Of a DNA stretch of 64,000 nucleotides, positions 62,336 to 64,000 are shown in pieces. Source of the DNA: a virus; IMG/VR virus record IMGVR_UViG_3300031555_006030. One strand, given 5' to 3'. Numbering within the stretch: the stretch's first letter is position 1; the number at the start of each line of letters is the position of its first letter. The position numbers and the translations under genes are program-made. Under the pieces are notes generated by a model. That model did not search any database, had not been told where the DNA came from, and worked only from the letters and a program-made list of their open reading frames with translations.

Positions 62336-63514
62336 TCATTTCCGCACTATTACGCACTTATCGGCCGCTCTAGTCACAGCCGTATAAAGCCAGCGCTGGT
62401 GCTCTTCTTTCCCGAACGGGAAGTTTTCTTCAAATATCAACACCTTATCGAATTGTGAACCTTGAGCCTTGTGCGTCGTGATAGCGTAACCATAAGTAAA
62501 CTCTTTGGGAACCATCCAAGAAAGATTTTCACTTTTCATAAGGCGCCATTCGACTTTCTGATCAAGACTCTTTTTACCTTCGAGTATAAGTTTCTTATCC
62601 ATCATCAAATCATGGAAATATGAACCAGTCTCCGTAATAATATCTGTACGGATAATATTAAAAGTACCTCCACCATTAATAAAAGAAGGATATCGTAGTG
62701 TTTGAGCGTAGTTGTTACATAACACACCAATGGTTCCATTTATCAATGGGTTTTCATCATTATCAAGAATATCCCAATAGTTGCGAAGACAAATTACCTT
62801 ATCGCCTTCTTGAGGTTCCCCTTCGCGCCCAAGCAGCTCGCGCATATGATTATTAATCCCGATACGAGTATCATTTTTGGCGCATAGTATCTGATCTGCC
62901 CACATATACATACCTTCTACAAGGTCTGCTTTATCAATGATTTTTACATCTTTGCCATCAAGCAGCTCTAAGGGGCGTCCGGCGCGAATATCCATAGAGA
63001 CTCTTATAATCTCTGACTCTTGCGCTTGGCGATGAATTTCATTAAGGAAAACGTGCGGCTTATCGAGAAGATGGTTATCATCCTCAGGGTTAATAGGTGG
63101 AAGCTGAAATGGGTCGCCGAGGAATATTACATGAACCTGATGCCTTAAGAGCTGTTTAATCAAGTCTTTTGATACCATCGAGCACTCGTCAACTATAATC
63201 AGCTTGTAAGGTTCGATATCAGGCAATGGAAGTCTAAAGAAGGTTCCGTCAGACTTAGGTCTGTGTTCATAAAGCAGACGGTGAAGAGTGCTTACATTTT
63301 TATTACCTTTCTGTTGAAGAACATTACAAGCTTTGCCAGTAAAGCAGGCGTATACAACCTCATTCTCGGGGATCTGAAGTGCTGCGACTAAGAACTTAAC
63401 CAGGGTTGACTTACCAGATCCAGCATATCCCGAAATGACTGTATACTTTTCCCCTGCCTTATATCGTTGAAGTGCGATCGTAAGTCCAGTTAATTGCTGA
63501 TCGGTTAAGACCAT
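62336..63514 (-). CDS. Dda/RecD-like SF1 DNA helicase
   Basis: Walker A GYAGSGKST, Walker B LIIVDECSMV, and the motifs LGDPFQLPPI, TTHKAQGSQFD and LYTAVTRA. Confidence 0.75.
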   Translation of the reverse strand: MVLTDQQLTGLTIALQRYKAGEKYTVISGYAGSGKSTLVKFLVAALQIPENEVVYACFTGKACNVLQQKGNKNVSTLHRLLYEHRPKSDGTFFRLPLPDIEPYKLIIVDECSMVSKDLIKQLLRHQVHVIFLGDPFQLPPINPEDDNHLLDKPHVFLNEIHRQAQESEIIRVSMDIRAGRPLELLDGKDVKIIDKADLVEGMYMWADQILCAKNDTRIGINNHMRELLGREGEPQEGDKVICLRNYWDILDNDENPLINGTIGVLCNNYAQTLRYPSFINGGGTFNIIRTDIITETGSYFHDLMMDKKLILEGKKSLDQKVEWRLMKSENLSWMVPKEFTYGYAITTHKAQGSQFDKVLIFEENFPFGKEEHQRWLYTAVTRAADKCVIVRK

Positions 63515-63849
63515 ATTGCCTCCTTTACTTTGTCAAGAGTTTTCTCAAGGTCTTTATAATCTTCCTCCAGATCTTCGTATTTAACCATTAGAGTATCATA
63601 TTCTTCCTTTTGTTCTTTAATAGTATCTTCAAGAGCCTCGATTTCTTCTTCAAATTCTTCGCGTTCGGTTAAATCAAGATCGCTCACTGTGCTATCAACA
63701 GTATCATAAATATCTTTTAATTCGGCTTCACAAATATTTCTATCTGCGGCTGTTTCAAAGAATTGTGATTCATACTTGTAGCATCTTTCGATCAGTTGCT
63801 TTGTAATTTCTATCATTTGTTTATTAACAGGTAGTATTTTATCTTCCAT
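63505..63849 (-). CDS. hypothetical acidic coiled-coil protein
   Basis: 114-aa ORF that overlaps the helicase start. Confidence 0.4.
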   Translation of the reverse strand: MEDKILPVNKQMIEITKQLIERCYKYESQFFETAADRNICEAELKDIYDTVDSTVSDLDLTEREEFEEEIEALEDTIKEQKEEYDTLMVKYEDLEEDYKDLEKTLDKVKEAIWS

Positions 63850-64000
63850 TATTTATCCTCCAATTTATATCCGTATTTCTTTATCATCTCATCTTCTTTA
63901 TCCCACTCAATACAAGGCTTAATAGAGAAATAAACATACTGCGCTATAGCCCAGATTTCATTCGGTGGTGCTTTAACGCATCTCAGATTCTCTTTAGTAG

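Noticed and set aside
1-64000. CRISPR array, diversity-generating retroelement, integrase or lysogeny module
   Set aside because: No direct-repeat and spacer arrays, no reverse transcriptase and no tyrosine or serine recombinase are visible. The fiber repeats are protein-level heptads, not template and variable repeat pairs.

Overview
The window is a 64 kb slice of a tailed (siphovirus-like) bacteriophage genome with about 33% GC, most likely from a low-GC Firmicute host. Roughly 130-4989 and 49825-64000 carry early, replication and nucleotide-metabolism genes on the minus strand in the standard genetic code. Roughly 5128-49806 is a plus-strand late (packaging, head, tail) module whose genes carry many in-frame TAG codons. 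When TAG is read as sense (most likely Gln, code-15-like), the fragmented six-frame ORFs stitch into complete terminase, portal, head-tail, tape-measure and fiber genes that end only in TAA or TGA. The terminase large subunit gene (HNH endonuclease insert) and the DnaE-like polymerase gene (GIY-YIG endonuclease insert) are each interrupted by a putative group I intron with canonical P7 (R/S) elements. Three minus-strand genes also depend on TAG read-through: a free-standing GIY-YIG endonuclease between nrdH and nrdD, a RuvC-like resolvase, and a small ORF. The late region holds a cluster of paralogous fiber genes built from 14-residue S-H-A-E-G (YadA/Hep_Hag-like) repeats with conserved His/Glu, each preceded by a repeated leader. 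It also holds a TAG-free trio of genes that resemble spore-surface proteins (YjcZ-like, BclA-C-like, Met/Tyr-rich). Six TTGAC(A/T)-17-TATAAT promoters are perfect matches to the sigma-70 consensus, and a seventh at 3414-3442 has a TACAAT -10; a palindromic TTGTTCACAA motif recurs in early intergenic regions. I found no suppressor tRNA, release factor or aminoacyl-tRNA synthetase gene in the window. No CRISPR array, rRNA, diversity-generating retroelement or integrase was seen.
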